Of a stretch of DNA of 28,877 nucleotides, positions 8,469 to 17,302 are shown piece after piece. Position 1 is the first letter of the stretch; every line of letters starts with the position of its first letter. A program made the translations under genes and the position numbers. The stretch covers positions 1 through 28,877 of the forward strand of contig JALQUL010000262.1 in the NCBI GenBank assembly GCA_023260735.1. Reading direction: 5' to 3'. The notes beneath the pieces were generated by a model. That model saw only the letters and a list, made by a program, of their open reading frames with translations. It was not told where the DNA came from and made no database searches. The DNA is from Limnohabitans sp. (GTDB lineage: Bacteria; Pseudomonadota; Gammaproteobacteria; Burkholderiales; Burkholderiaceae_C).

Positions 8469-11060
8469 TTAAGGTTTAGCTTGAACTAATAAATTGGCAA
8501 TTAAACTAGTCATACTAATTTTGCGAACAGTAGAACCAATAAAAGACAAAATGCCACTTGTTTTCGATCCAGTTTTACGCCATAAAACATCATCTTGTCC
8601 ATTACCATCATAGTCACCCACATGAGCAATCCCCACATTGGCTGCCAATTTCGCAATTAAGGTGAGGCTGACACTATTACCAAAAATACGACCTACATAA
8701 ACCCGTCCAGCAGTATTTTTAATCAATAAGTTGGTAGCAGAGTCTTTATAAAAACGACCTACACCTACCACACTTTGACCACCTGCTAAACCAATTGTGG
8801 CGGTTGCTAATTCTGCCGCACCATTCATATAGACGACACTGACCACATTGCTAGCGCTATCTTGGAAGACCAAGTCAGCTTTACCATCGCCATTAAAATC
8901 GCCAGCACCTTTATAAACAGCTGTACTTGATAAAGCTTTAACTGTATTGTATGTGAATGCACCGCTACCATTTTGGATGGAAACACTAATTTGACCGGCT
9001 ACATTTTTCAAAATAACGTCGTCTAATCCATCGCCATTAATATCAGCGGCACCTTGTACCACACTTCCAGTAGGTTGCGTACCAGTCACTGGTGTTGTCG
9101 CAATATTGGCACGGGCAACCATAAACAAGATATTAGTAATGACGCCAGAAGCATTGGTTTCTAAAATATCAGCACGTCCATCGCCATTAAAATCACCTAT
9201 GGCACTGACTTTTCTGTTGGCGTCAAAAACTAAACCACTAGTACCCAATGCATATCGTGACTTGTTAAGATAGGCAACCAATAAAGCACCGCTTTCACCA
9301 GCAATTGGCTGTTTGAATAAAATATCGCTACGACCATTGCCATCGAAATCGTTGGTGGCACGCAAGGCGGTAGAGCTTAATTGGCTAACTGCTTTAGAGG
9401 CATCTAAAATACCAGTTCCGCAACCACCGTATGAGTTGGCATCACAGCTTCCACCTGCAAAAGAGTTAACTGCTTGTTTAATGAGATTTTCTGCATCCAC
9501 AGCCCTTAAACGTGGTTTATAAGAAAGCATCAAGGCAATGGTTGCAGCAACATGGGGGGTTGCCATTGAAGTACCATTGTAACTTGAGTAAACATTGTCT
9601 TTTCCTACAGAGTTGGTACCACTGTTAAGGGTTGATACAATATCAACACCAGGTGCTGAAATGTCAACTTTATCGCCATAATTAGAGAAAGATGCACGGT
9701 TACCTGAAGAGTTAGTTGCTCCTACTGTAGTAGCGTCTGTACAATTGGCTGGAGATGAGTTATTAGCATTTTCACCTTCATTGCCAGCAGCAACCACTAC
9801 AATAGCACCGTTTGCCCTGGCTTTGGTAATAGCCCTTTGCATGAGTGGATCACATACACCATAATTATCGGCTTCACCACCTAAAGAAAGATTAATCACT
9901 TTAGCTGGAGTTTTATTGGTGGGTGCACCAGAGACTTTACCACCAGATGCCCAGACAATAGCATCTGCAATATCGTTGGTATAACCACCACAGCGTCCCA
10001 AAACCCGTACCGGTAAAATTTTGGCACCATAGGCAATACCAGAAACACCTAAGCCATTGTTGGTGTTGGCGGCAATTGTGCCTGATACATGTGTGCCATG
10101 CCAGCTATTTTCTGAGGACGAGTAGTCGCCACAAAAACCAAAAGAGTAGCCATCGCCATTATCAATAGCATTGCTATCTCGGCCATTACCGTCGTTGGCG
10201 ACTAAGCGATTATGAATAAAATCATAGCCTTTTAAAATACGACCCGACATATCTACATGGGGCCTGTAACCTGTATCAACAACCGCGACCACGACACCAT
10301 TTCCGTTAGAGTAGTTCCAAGCACTTTCCGCTTGAATACCGTATGGTGAGCTATTTTGTAAGGCCCATAAATAACCATTGGTAAAACCTGGGTCATTTGG
10401 TGTCATGCTACGATGCATACGCTTGTTAAGTGAAACATACTCGATATTAGAATCAGTGGCTTGCATTTCTGCGGCAATTTTTTTAGCTTCAGCTATGCTA
10501 ACTGATTTACCCATAGTAAATACACCTGAGTCATCATGAGTGGCCAATTGAAAAGCCATTTTTAAACCATGTTTATTGGCTACACTTGCAATCCCACTTG
10601 ATAGGCTTGAAATAGATGGTGTTACTCCATTAACATTGCTTGCTAATTTATTTGCACTGCTAGCAGTGTTGATTGAAGTGTGAGGACTTGTTAAGTCAGA
10701 ATTTATAACTAACTGACGTGCTTTGTATTTAATAATTAGCTCTTCGACTTTGTTATCGGCAACTTTATTAATAGAACCAGTCAATTCGTTTGAGCTTAAA
10801 CTACTAGCACGGCTAATAAATGTAGAGGCTGCATAGTCTGCTGAGGTGGATGATGCAACGTCAATAGTTTCCAGAGCGTTAAATTCGTTTAAGGCCGTAT
10901 TAACTTGACTAGTATCATTATTGGCTAATTCATTAATACCAGTGCTCACATTTGCACTTGTATTTGATTCTGAATTAGAGCCACCACAAGAAACTAAAAA
11001 AGCAATAGTAGCCAAGGCACTAGCTGTTTTTAGGAAAGAGTTAGAAATTAAGTGTTTCAT
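8469..11060 (-). CDS. Lipoprotein subtilisin-like (S8) serine protease with C-terminal FG-GAP/VCBS-like repeat beta-propeller
   Basis: Signal peptide with lipobox LVS-C25. Catalytic triad VVD262TG, WH321GTHVSG, GTS498MATPH; oxyanion AAGNE; INLSLGG; D(G)NGRD Ca-loop. C-terminal GDFNGDG-type repeats at about aa 571, 623, 673, 721, (769) and 816. Confidence 0.93.
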   Translation of the reverse strand: MKHLISNSFLKTASALATIAFLVSCGGSNSESNTSANVSTGINELANNDTSQVNTALNEFNALETIDVASSTSADYAASTFISRASSLSSNELTGSINKVADNKVEELIIKYKARQLVINSDLTSPHTSINTASSANKLASNVNGVTPSISSLSSGIASVANKHGLKMAFQLATHDDSGVFTMGKSVSIAEAKKIAAEMQATDSNIEYVSLNKRMHRSMTPNDPGFTNGYLWALQNSSPYGIQAESAWNYSNGNGVVVAVVDTGYRPHVDMSGRILKGYDFIHNRLVANDGNGRDSNAIDNGDGYSFGFCGDYSSSENSWHGTHVSGTIAANTNNGLGVSGIAYGAKILPVRVLGRCGGYTNDIADAIVWASGGKVSGAPTNKTPAKVINLSLGGEADNYGVCDPLMQRAITKARANGAIVVVAAGNEGENANNSSPANCTDATTVGATNSSGNRASFSNYGDKVDISAPGVDIVSTLNSGTNSVGKDNVYSSYNGTSMATPHVAATIALMLSYKPRLRAVDAENLIKQAVNSFAGGSCDANSYGGCGTGILDASKAVSQLSSTALRATNDFDGNGRSDILFKQPIAGESGALLVAYLNKSRYALGTSGLVFDANRKVSAIGDFNGDGRADILETNASGVITNILFMVARANIATTPVTGTQPTGSVVQGAADINGDGLDDVILKNVAGQISVSIQNGSGAFTYNTVKALSSTAVYKGAGDFNGDGKADLVFQDSASNVVSVVYMNGAAELATATIGLAGGQSVVGVGRFYKDSATNLLIKNTAGRVYVGRIFGNSVSLTLIAKLAANVGIAHVGDYDGNGQDDVLWRKTGSKTSGILSFIGSTVRKISMTSLIANLLVQAKP
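8472..9353 (-). repeat. Six protein-level FG-GAP/VCBS-like repeats (47-52 aa period) within the protease gene
   Basis: NDFDGNGRSDIL, GDFNGDGRADIL, ADINGDGLDDVI, GDFNGDGKADLV, GRFYKDSATNLL (degenerate), GDYDGNGQDDVL. Confidence 0.85.
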
Positions 11061-11089
11061 TGGATTGAACTAGAATTACTTTGTGATCC

Positions 11090-11119
11090 ATTATAGATTT
11101 TTATTAAAAATAAAAACAA
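11090..11119 (-). promoter_or_regulatory. Candidate sigma70 promoter of the protease gene
   Basis: Minus strand TTGTTT (11119-11114), 18-bp spacer, perfect TATAAT (11095-11090), about 30 nt upstream of the ATG. The region is very AT-rich, so a chance match is possible. Confidence 0.45.
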
Positions 11120-11284
11120 TATTTGCAAAACATATATTTTATAAATTACACATTTACTATAAAAAATACTAGTTATTTTATGAATGTTTTTCTTCTGGGT
11201 AATCGAATTAGCAAATATGAATTTTTAAATCAATAAAGATGGATACTAAAATAACGTATGTTAATGTCAATTTTTTGATAGGAT

Positions 11285-11312
11285 TTTACTGATAGGTTTT
11301 GTTTTTTACAAT
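11285..11312 (+). promoter_or_regulatory. Candidate sigma70 promoter for spoT
   Basis: TTTACT (11285-11290)-N16-TACAAT (11307-11312), with GAGGT SD at 11391-11395. Confidence 0.3.
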
Positions 11313-11398
11313 AGAGTATTTCAACAGTTCATTAAAAAAGCATCAAAAATTGAGACTTTTTTAAAGTTTCTTATTTATGTTATTTTTTTAGAGGTAAT

Positions 11399-13675
11399 AT
11401 GTTAAAAATGACTACATCTCAACCACTACCCAACTTAAAGTTAACATCGCCTCACTCTAGTGCAGCTGCCAATGCGGCTGCCGCCAGTTTTGCCGCCCTC
11501 AATGCCCAGCTCTGTTATCTTGATGATACAGACCGAGAGCGGGTGCGTTTGGCTTATCGCTTTGCCGACGCAGCCCATTTGGGTCAAATGCGTAAAAACG
11601 GTGAGCCTTATATTACCCATCCTATTGCAGTTGCGGCTTTGTGCGCCAAATGGAAACTAGATGCCAATGCGCTTATGGCGGCATTGTTGCATGACGCAAT
11701 GGAAGACTGTGGGGTCACCAAGTTGGAGCTGGTCGAAAAATTTGGTAGTACGGTTGCTGATTTGGTCGATGGTTTAACCAAGCTCGAAAAAATCAAGTTC
11801 ACTAGCCGAGAAGAAAATCAGGCGGAATCATTTCGAAAAATGCTCTTGGCGATGTCACGTGACATTAGAGTCATGTTGATTAAACTCGCTGATCGTAGCC
11901 ATAATATGCGCACTTTAGGTGATGTGCCTCGATCTAAATGGGCCAGAACCGCCACTGAAACCCTAGAAATTCATGCACCTATTGCCCATAGGTTGGGGCT
12001 TAATCAAACCTATCAAGAGTTACAAGACTTGTGCCTACGCTTTTTAAGGCCTTGGCGCTATCAGACCCTATCTAAGGCAATGGCCAAAGCTAAATTGCGC
12101 CGGGTCGATATGATTGACAAAGTTCGTTACGATGTAGAGTCTTCTTTAAAAGAAGCAGGAATCAATGCCAAAGTAGTGGGCCGAGAAAAATCTATTTTTT
12201 CTATTTATAAAAAAATGAAAGAGAAAAAAATAAGTTTTGCTCATGTCAACGATATTTACGGTTTTAGAGTTGTGGTGCCTAAAATTACCGATTGTTATAC
12301 CGCATTAGGTGTTTTGCATCAGCTCTATAAACCGGTACCTGGTCGCCTTAAAGACTATATTGCCATTCCAAAAAATAACGGCTACCAATCTTTGCACACT
12401 ACACTCGTGGGGCCAGCAAGTATTACCATTGAATTTCAAACTCGTACCGAAGAAATGGACATTGTGGCAGAGGTCGGTATTGCTGCCCACTGGTTGTACA
12501 AAGACAAACCAGTAGGCTCACATACTACAGGCACAGGTCAAGAAAAATTGGGTACGCAGTGGTTGCAGTCTTTACTTGATATTCAAAGCGAAACCCACGA
12601 TGCCTCAGAGTTTTGGGATCATGTGAAGGTCGATTTATTCCCCGATGCGGTTTATATTTTTACTCCAAAAGGTAAAATTTTGGCAATGCCTCGTGGTGCG
12701 ACCGTGCTTGATTTTGCCTATGCCATTCATAGCAGTGTGGGACATCATGCGGTAAGTGCTCGAGTAGCAGGTAAGGTGGTGCCTCTTAAAACCGAGCTTA
12801 AAACTGGCGATGCCATTGAAATTATTACCTCTGAAAGTTCAGCACCAGGCCCTATTTGGCTGACCTATGTGCGTACTGCCAGAGCCCGATCAAAAATTAG
12901 GCACCATTTAAAAACCTTGGCACAAACCCAATCGATTGAGTTGGGACAGTTGTTATTGACTCAATCATTACGATCTCAAGGTTTTGAACATTTACCTTCT
13001 TATGTTGGTCCTGATATTGCCATTTGGGATAAGGTCCTTAAGTTTACCGGTAATCGTAGTTATGAAGAGTTACTGGCCGATGTGGGTTTAGGCAAAAGAA
13101 TTGCCCCCATTGTGGCGAGTCGCTTGGTTGCACAAATGGTGGCCCGTGGCGATAAGCCCGATCCTTTACTCATGACGCTTGAGCGTTTTGATTCACAAAA
13201 CCATTTTAGTTACGGCGCAGTGTCATTAGATGGTAGTGAGGGTGGGTCGGTGCAGTATGCTAGTTGTTGTAGGCCTTTGCCTGGCGATACTATTGTGGGT
13301 TATTTAGGCCACGGTGAGGGGCTGATGGTGCATCGTACAGAATGCCAAACTGCACAACGTTTGTTAACCAAAGATCGTGAGCGTTTTATCAATGTCGATT
13401 GGGCCGAAGAAACGACTCGTTCTTTTGACACTGGCATTAGCGTAACCGTACAAAATGGTAAAGGCGTATTAGCGAAAGTGGCCTCTAGCTTAGCCAGTGC
13501 AGAGGCCGATATTTCTCATATTGATATGGGCTCTGAACATGCCCATGATATTGCAGAATTACATTTTGTAGTGGCAGTACGTGATCGTGCACATCAACAA
13601 GCTACCTTAGAGCGTCTGCGTCGCACTGCCAGTGTGATTATCGCAGTGCCCGATCAAACTGGAGTAGCAGATTAA
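11399..13675 (+). CDS. spoT: Long RelA/SpoT homolog, bifunctional (p)ppGpp synthetase/hydrolase
   Basis: HD domain (YITHPIAVA, ALLHDAMED), IKLADRSHNMRTL, synthetase GREKS, DIYGFR, RLKDY, YQSLHT, AAHWLYK, TGS domain (FTPKG...DFAYAIH) and C-terminal ACT domain. Start could be 11408. Confidence 0.96.
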   Translation: MLKMTTSQPLPNLKLTSPHSSAAANAAAASFAALNAQLCYLDDTDRERVRLAYRFADAAHLGQMRKNGEPYITHPIAVAALCAKWKLDANALMAALLHDAMEDCGVTKLELVEKFGSTVADLVDGLTKLEKIKFTSREENQAESFRKMLLAMSRDIRVMLIKLADRSHNMRTLGDVPRSKWARTATETLEIHAPIAHRLGLNQTYQELQDLCLRFLRPWRYQTLSKAMAKAKLRRVDMIDKVRYDVESSLKEAGINAKVVGREKSIFSIYKKMKEKKISFAHVNDIYGFRVVVPKITDCYTALGVLHQLYKPVPGRLKDYIAIPKNNGYQSLHTTLVGPASITIEFQTRTEEMDIVAEVGIAAHWLYKDKPVGSHTTGTGQEKLGTQWLQSLLDIQSETHDASEFWDHVKVDLFPDAVYIFTPKGKILAMPRGATVLDFAYAIHSSVGHHAVSARVAGKVVPLKTELKTGDAIEIITSESSAPGPIWLTYVRTARARSKIRHHLKTLAQTQSIELGQLLLTQSLRSQGFEHLPSYVGPDIAIWDKVLKFTGNRSYEELLADVGLGKRIAPIVASRLVAQMVARGDKPDPLLMTLERFDSQNHFSYGAVSLDGSEGGSVQYASCCRPLPGDTIVGYLGHGEGLMVHRTECQTAQRLLTKDRERFINVDWAEETTRSFDTGISVTVQNGKGVLAKVASSLASAEADISHIDMGSEHAHDIAELHFVVAVRDRAHQQATLERLRRTASVIIAVPDQTGVAD

Positions 13676-14235
13676 TTGACCGCCAGTGGTGCTGGGTAGT
13701 GGACCTCTAAAACCTCTACATCTTGCAGACCACTAGGGGTTAATAATCTTACTACATCACCTACTTGTGACTTAATTAAAGCCCTTGCAATAGGGGCTAT
13801 CCAACTGACTTGACCTAATTGGCTTTGTGCCTCATCCATGCCCATAATGGTGATGGTGCGCTCTAAGCCCGATTCTTCTTGGTAAGTAACCGTAGCACCA
13901 AAAAACACTTGGTCTTTACCATAATGCACTGATGGGTCAACAATTTCTGCCATTTCTAGGCGCTTGGTTAAAAAACGAATGCGCCGGTCAATCTCACGCA
14001 GACGTTTTTTACCATATAAATAATCGCCATTTTCTGAGCGGTCGCCATTGCTAGCGGCCCAATGCACAATTTCAACAATGCGTGGACGTTCTGAATCAAT
14101 AAGATCCATTAGCTCGGCCCGCATGGCAACATAACCTGCCCTGGTCATATAATTTTTACTGCCACTTGGCAACTGAGGCAGAGCTAACTCGTCATCATCA
14201 TCGTGATCTGATTCTTTGGTAAAGGCTTTGCTCAT
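13672..14235 (-). CDS. greB: Transcription elongation factor GreB
   Basis: WAASNGDRSENGDYLYGKKRLREIDRRIRFLTKRLE, VFFGATV, SWIAPIARAL. Stop codon overlaps the spoT stop (TTAA). Confidence 0.96.
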   Translation of the reverse strand: MSKAFTKESDHDDDDELALPQLPSGSKNYMTRAGYVAMRAELMDLIDSERPRIVEIVHWAASNGDRSENGDYLYGKKRLREIDRRIRFLTKRLEMAEIVDPSVHYGKDQVFFGATVTYQEESGLERTITIMGMDEAQSQLGQVSWIAPIARALIKSQVGDVVRLLTPSGLQDVEVLEVHYPAPLAVN

Positions 14236-14420
14236 GGGGCAGATTTTGGTGAAGAAAAAAATTGATTTTACTAGAAAGTTACTTGTGGAACTATACCGAA
14301 ATAGTAGATGTAGTAGTTGCTAGCTGGTGCTGGGGTCTATTAAATATGGTTGATTTCGACCTATTATTGGGTGTAAGCAATTAAAAGTTACTTGCTAAAT
14401 AGAAACAAACCGAGCGCACA

Positions 14421-14454
14421 AAGCAAAACACCGTTAATATTACTATTAACGGTG
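14421..14454 (-). terminator. Intrinsic terminator downstream of tRNA-Arg
   Basis: 11-bp stem caccgttaata/tattaacggtg (14429-14454) with 4-nt loop, followed on the minus strand by TTTTGCTTT. Confidence 0.7.
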
Positions 14455-14464
14455 CTTACTATTA

Positions 14465-14541
14465 TGGTGCGGCTGGCAGGAATCGAACCCACGACCCCTT
14501 GGTTCGTAGCCAAGTACTCTATCCAGCTGAGCTACAGCCGC
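14465..14541 (-). tRNA. tRNA-Arg (anticodon ACG), 77 nt, CCA encoded
   Basis: Reverse complement GCGGCTGTAGCTCAGCTGGATAGAGTACTTGGCTACGAACCAAGGGGTCGTGGGTTCGATTCCTGCCAGCCGCACCA: acceptor stem, D-arm, CTTGG/CCAAG anticodon stem with ACG, TTCGA T-loop. Confidence 0.97.
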
Positions 14542-14770
14542 TCAATACAGATATTGTATAACAGTTTTAAGCGTTTTTTAAGTTGCTCTAAAAAATTATG
14601 CAATAGAAATTAAAATTTCTAAATTGAAACCTTGAGTGTTTGGTGGTTTTATTTACTAAACACTCATAAGATTTAAATTACCTTGGTAACTAGTATAACC
14701 GTAAAAGGCATCAGTGGCATTACAATCATCGCATCATTTGAATTGCAATCTATTTTGGAACCCAAAAGTT

Positions 14771-16219
14771 ATGACTATTGTTTCAGTTGTTTTATCTGGT
14801 GGCGCTGGTACTCGTTTGTGGCCTGTTTCTCGTCAAGCCTTACCTAAGCCGTTTTTGCAATTAGGCGGCAGTCCTTTGTTAGCCCAAGCCATAGAGCGTG
14901 GGCAGGCTTGTGGTTCGGTGAAAACATTGTTAGTTACCAATCAAGATTATTTATTTTTGTCTAAAGAGTTGGTGCGTAATTTAACTACGCCGCCTACTAC
15001 ACAATATTTACTCGAGCCCAAAGGTCGCAACACTGCTCCTGCAATTGCTTTGGCTGCATTAAGTTGTCAACAAGAGCATGGTCCCGATACCGTCATGATG
15101 GTGCTACCAGCCGATCATTTAATCCCCGACACTGAAAGTTTTGTGGCCTGTGCACTGGACGCTGCCCGGTATGCAAGGCAAGGTCAATTGGTGGTGTTTG
15201 GCATTACACCAACGGCACCAGAAACAGGCTTTGGTTATGTAGAAGTCAATGCAATTTCTCGTGATGCGCAAAAGGTGTTGCGCTTTGTAGAAAAACCAGA
15301 TGCTACCACGGCTGCCCAATATTTAGCGACCGGCAGGTATTATTGGAACAGTGGTATGTTCTGTTTTACTGCTGGTACTATTTTAGATGCGTTTCAAAAA
15401 TATGCGCCTCAAGTCCTAGAGTCTGCACAAGCGGTAATGGATCAAGCACAGCATAAAAATGAGGGCTCAGAGTCGGACGGAGCAGATATTAAAGTTTCCC
15501 GTTTTGATGCTCACACCTTTGGTATGCAGCCCGATATTTCTATAGATTACGCGGTAATGGAAAGAGCTGATAACGTGATGCTCATTCCAGCACGTTTTTC
15601 TTGGAGTGATGTAGGTACTTGGCCGGCAGTGGCTACTGCTCATGTGGCTGACCCTAGTGGTAATACTTTTGAGGCAGATGTAGTGGCAGTTAATACCACT
15701 AATACCCACGTACAAGTCGATAGCTTTACGCCAAAATTGGTCGCAACTGTAGGGGTTAATAATTTAATTATTGTCGATACCCCAGATGCCTTGTTGATTG
15801 CAGATCGCTCTTGTGCACAAGACGTTAAAAAAGTAGTGGATGTTTTAAAAGAGCGTGGTCATGAAAGCACCAGTATGCCAGCCGTAGTACACAGGCCTTG
15901 GGGTACCTATGCCACTTTAAAAGAGGAAAATGGTTATAAGGTCAAGCGTATTACAGTCAAACCTGGTCAGGCTCTTAGCTTGCAATACCATCATCAACGC
16001 TCGGAGCATTGGGTGGTGGTGCAAGGCGTCGCCTTGGTGCAAATTGGTGAGAACAAACACGAAACCTTGCCTGGCCAATACCACTATATTGAAGTAGCCC
16101 AAACTCATAGGTTAACCAATATTGGCAAAGATGAATTGATATTAATTGAAGTGCAATGCGGCTCTTATTTGGGCGAAGATGATATTGTTCGCCTAGCGGA
16201 TGTGTATGGCAGAAGTTAA
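14771..16219 (+). CDS. manC: Mannose-1-phosphate guanylyltransferase / mannose-6-phosphate isomerase (type II PMI-GMP)
   Basis: LSGGAGTRLWPVSR, PKPF, EPKGRNTAPA, VLPADH, ETGFGY, FVEKP, WNSGMF, ISIDYAVME, WSDVG; C-terminal cupin RPWG, LSLQYHHQRSEHWVVV, EVQCGSYLGEDDIVR. Start placed at ATG 14771 rather than the upstream GTG at 14714. Confidence 0.95.
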   Translation: MTIVSVVLSGGAGTRLWPVSRQALPKPFLQLGGSPLLAQAIERGQACGSVKTLLVTNQDYLFLSKELVRNLTTPPTTQYLLEPKGRNTAPAIALAALSCQQEHGPDTVMMVLPADHLIPDTESFVACALDAARYARQGQLVVFGITPTAPETGFGYVEVNAISRDAQKVLRFVEKPDATTAAQYLATGRYYWNSGMFCFTAGTILDAFQKYAPQVLESAQAVMDQAQHKNEGSESDGADIKVSRFDAHTFGMQPDISIDYAVMERADNVMLIPARFSWSDVGTWPAVATAHVADPSGNTFEADVVAVNTTNTHVQVDSFTPKLVATVGVNNLIIVDTPDALLIADRSCAQDVKKVVDVLKERGHESTSMPAVVHRPWGTYATLKEENGYKVKRITVKPGQALSLQYHHQRSEHWVVVQGVALVQIGENKHETLPGQYHYIEVAQTHRLTNIGKDELILIEVQCGSYLGEDDIVRLADVYGRS

Positions 16220-16253
16220 TGAGCCAATGATGAAATAATTTCTGGCCTTAATG

Positions 16254-16292
16254 AAAAAAGCACACGACTAATTTTGTCTTGTGCTTTTTTTT
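16254..16292. terminator. Bidirectional terminator between convergent manC and gshB
   Basis: aaaaaaGCACAcgac-taatttt-gtctTGTGCtttttttt. Confidence 0.75.
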
Positions 16293-16315
16293 ATGAGGCC
16301 TTCGTAAAAAATTTA

Positions 16316-17275
16316 CTACCAGTGAGGTTGTAAATTTTCTATGGCTTTAATATACATTTCGGCCACGTTAAAACCTTTTTGCTGGGTGATTTCTTGAAAA
16401 CCAGTGGGGCTAGTCACGTTAATTTCTGTGAGGCAGTCACCAATAATATCAAGTCCTACTAACATAAGCCCACGTTTTAACAGAATGGGCGCTAAGGTTT
16501 GGGCAATTTCTAAATCGCGCGGGCTTAGTTCTTGCGCAACACCTTTTCCACCTGCGGCTAAGTTGCCTCTTACTTCGCCACCTTGAGGAATACGCGCCAA
16601 GCAAAACGGCACGACTTCGCCACCAATTAATAAGACCCGTTTATCACCATCTTTGATTTGCGGAATAAACTTTTGCACCATAACGGTTTGCTCACCGTAA
16701 CGGTTAAGGGTTTCAATAATGGCGCCTAAATTAAGCCCGTTGGCAGGAACTCTAAAAATACCAGTCCCACCCATGCCATCAAGGGGTTTTAAAATAATGT
16801 CTTGGTGCTCTTGATGAAAGTCTTTAATGTCTTGCGCATTGCGAGTAACAAGGGTGGGGCTAATAAATTGTGGAAACTCTAAAATAGCCAGTTTTTCTGG
16901 ATGCTCACGCAGCGCCTGGGCATTGTTAAAAATCTTGGCACCCTCGCGGGTGGCTTGGCTTAATAAATGAGTGGCATAAAAAAATTCGGAATCAAAGGGC
17001 GGGTCTTTACGCATTAACACAGCATCAAATTGATCGAGTGCCTGAATGTTGCCTGTGGGATTGCCTTTTACTTTGTACCAGTGTGGACCTTGAGGAGTGA
17101 GTTCTAGTGCCAGCACTTGTGCGCTGACTTTCTGGCCTTGTTTCCAATGCAGCGTATTGACTTCACAGGCAAATACCTGATGACCTCTCGCTTGGGCTTG
17201 ACTCATCATAGCAAAGGTGCTGTCTTTATAGGTTTTAAAACTGTCTAAAGGATCGGCAATAAATAATAAATTCAT
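16316..17275 (-). CDS. gshB: Glutathione synthetase
   Basis: FIADP, KDST, LMRKDPPFD, EKL, KPLDGMGG, GDKRV, RGNLAAGG, GLDIIG, EINVTSPTG. Confidence 0.96.
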   Translation of the reverse strand: MNLLFIADPLDSFKTYKDSTFAMMSQAQARGHQVFACEVNTLHWKQGQKVSAQVLALELTPQGPHWYKVKGNPTGNIQALDQFDAVLMRKDPPFDSEFFYATHLLSQATREGAKIFNNAQALREHPEKLAILEFPQFISPTLVTRNAQDIKDFHQEHQDIILKPLDGMGGTGIFRVPANGLNLGAIIETLNRYGEQTVMVQKFIPQIKDGDKRVLLIGGEVVPFCLARIPQGGEVRGNLAAGGKGVAQELSPRDLEIAQTLAPILLKRGLMLVGLDIIGDCLTEINVTSPTGFQEITQQKGFNVAEMYIKAIENLQPHW

Positions 17276-17302
17276 AAAGATTGTGCTAGGTAGGTGGATG
17301 CT

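Noticed and set aside
11120-11230. AT-only dyads in the protease-spoT spacer (e.g. AAAATA-ctagt-TATTTT)
   Set aside because: They are expected by chance at this base composition.
13687-14334. 10-bp direct repeat TGGTGCTGGG flanking greB (13687-13696 and 14325-14334)
   Set aside because: One copy is inside the greB coding sequence and greB is at its usual locus. Most likely chance, not a target-site duplication.
14465-14541. tRNA-Arg as an integration site (attB)
   Set aside because: No duplicated tRNA 3' end and no integrase in the window.
14392-14613. 73-aa plus-strand ORF
   Set aside because: It is the antisense reading of tRNA-Arg and its terminator.
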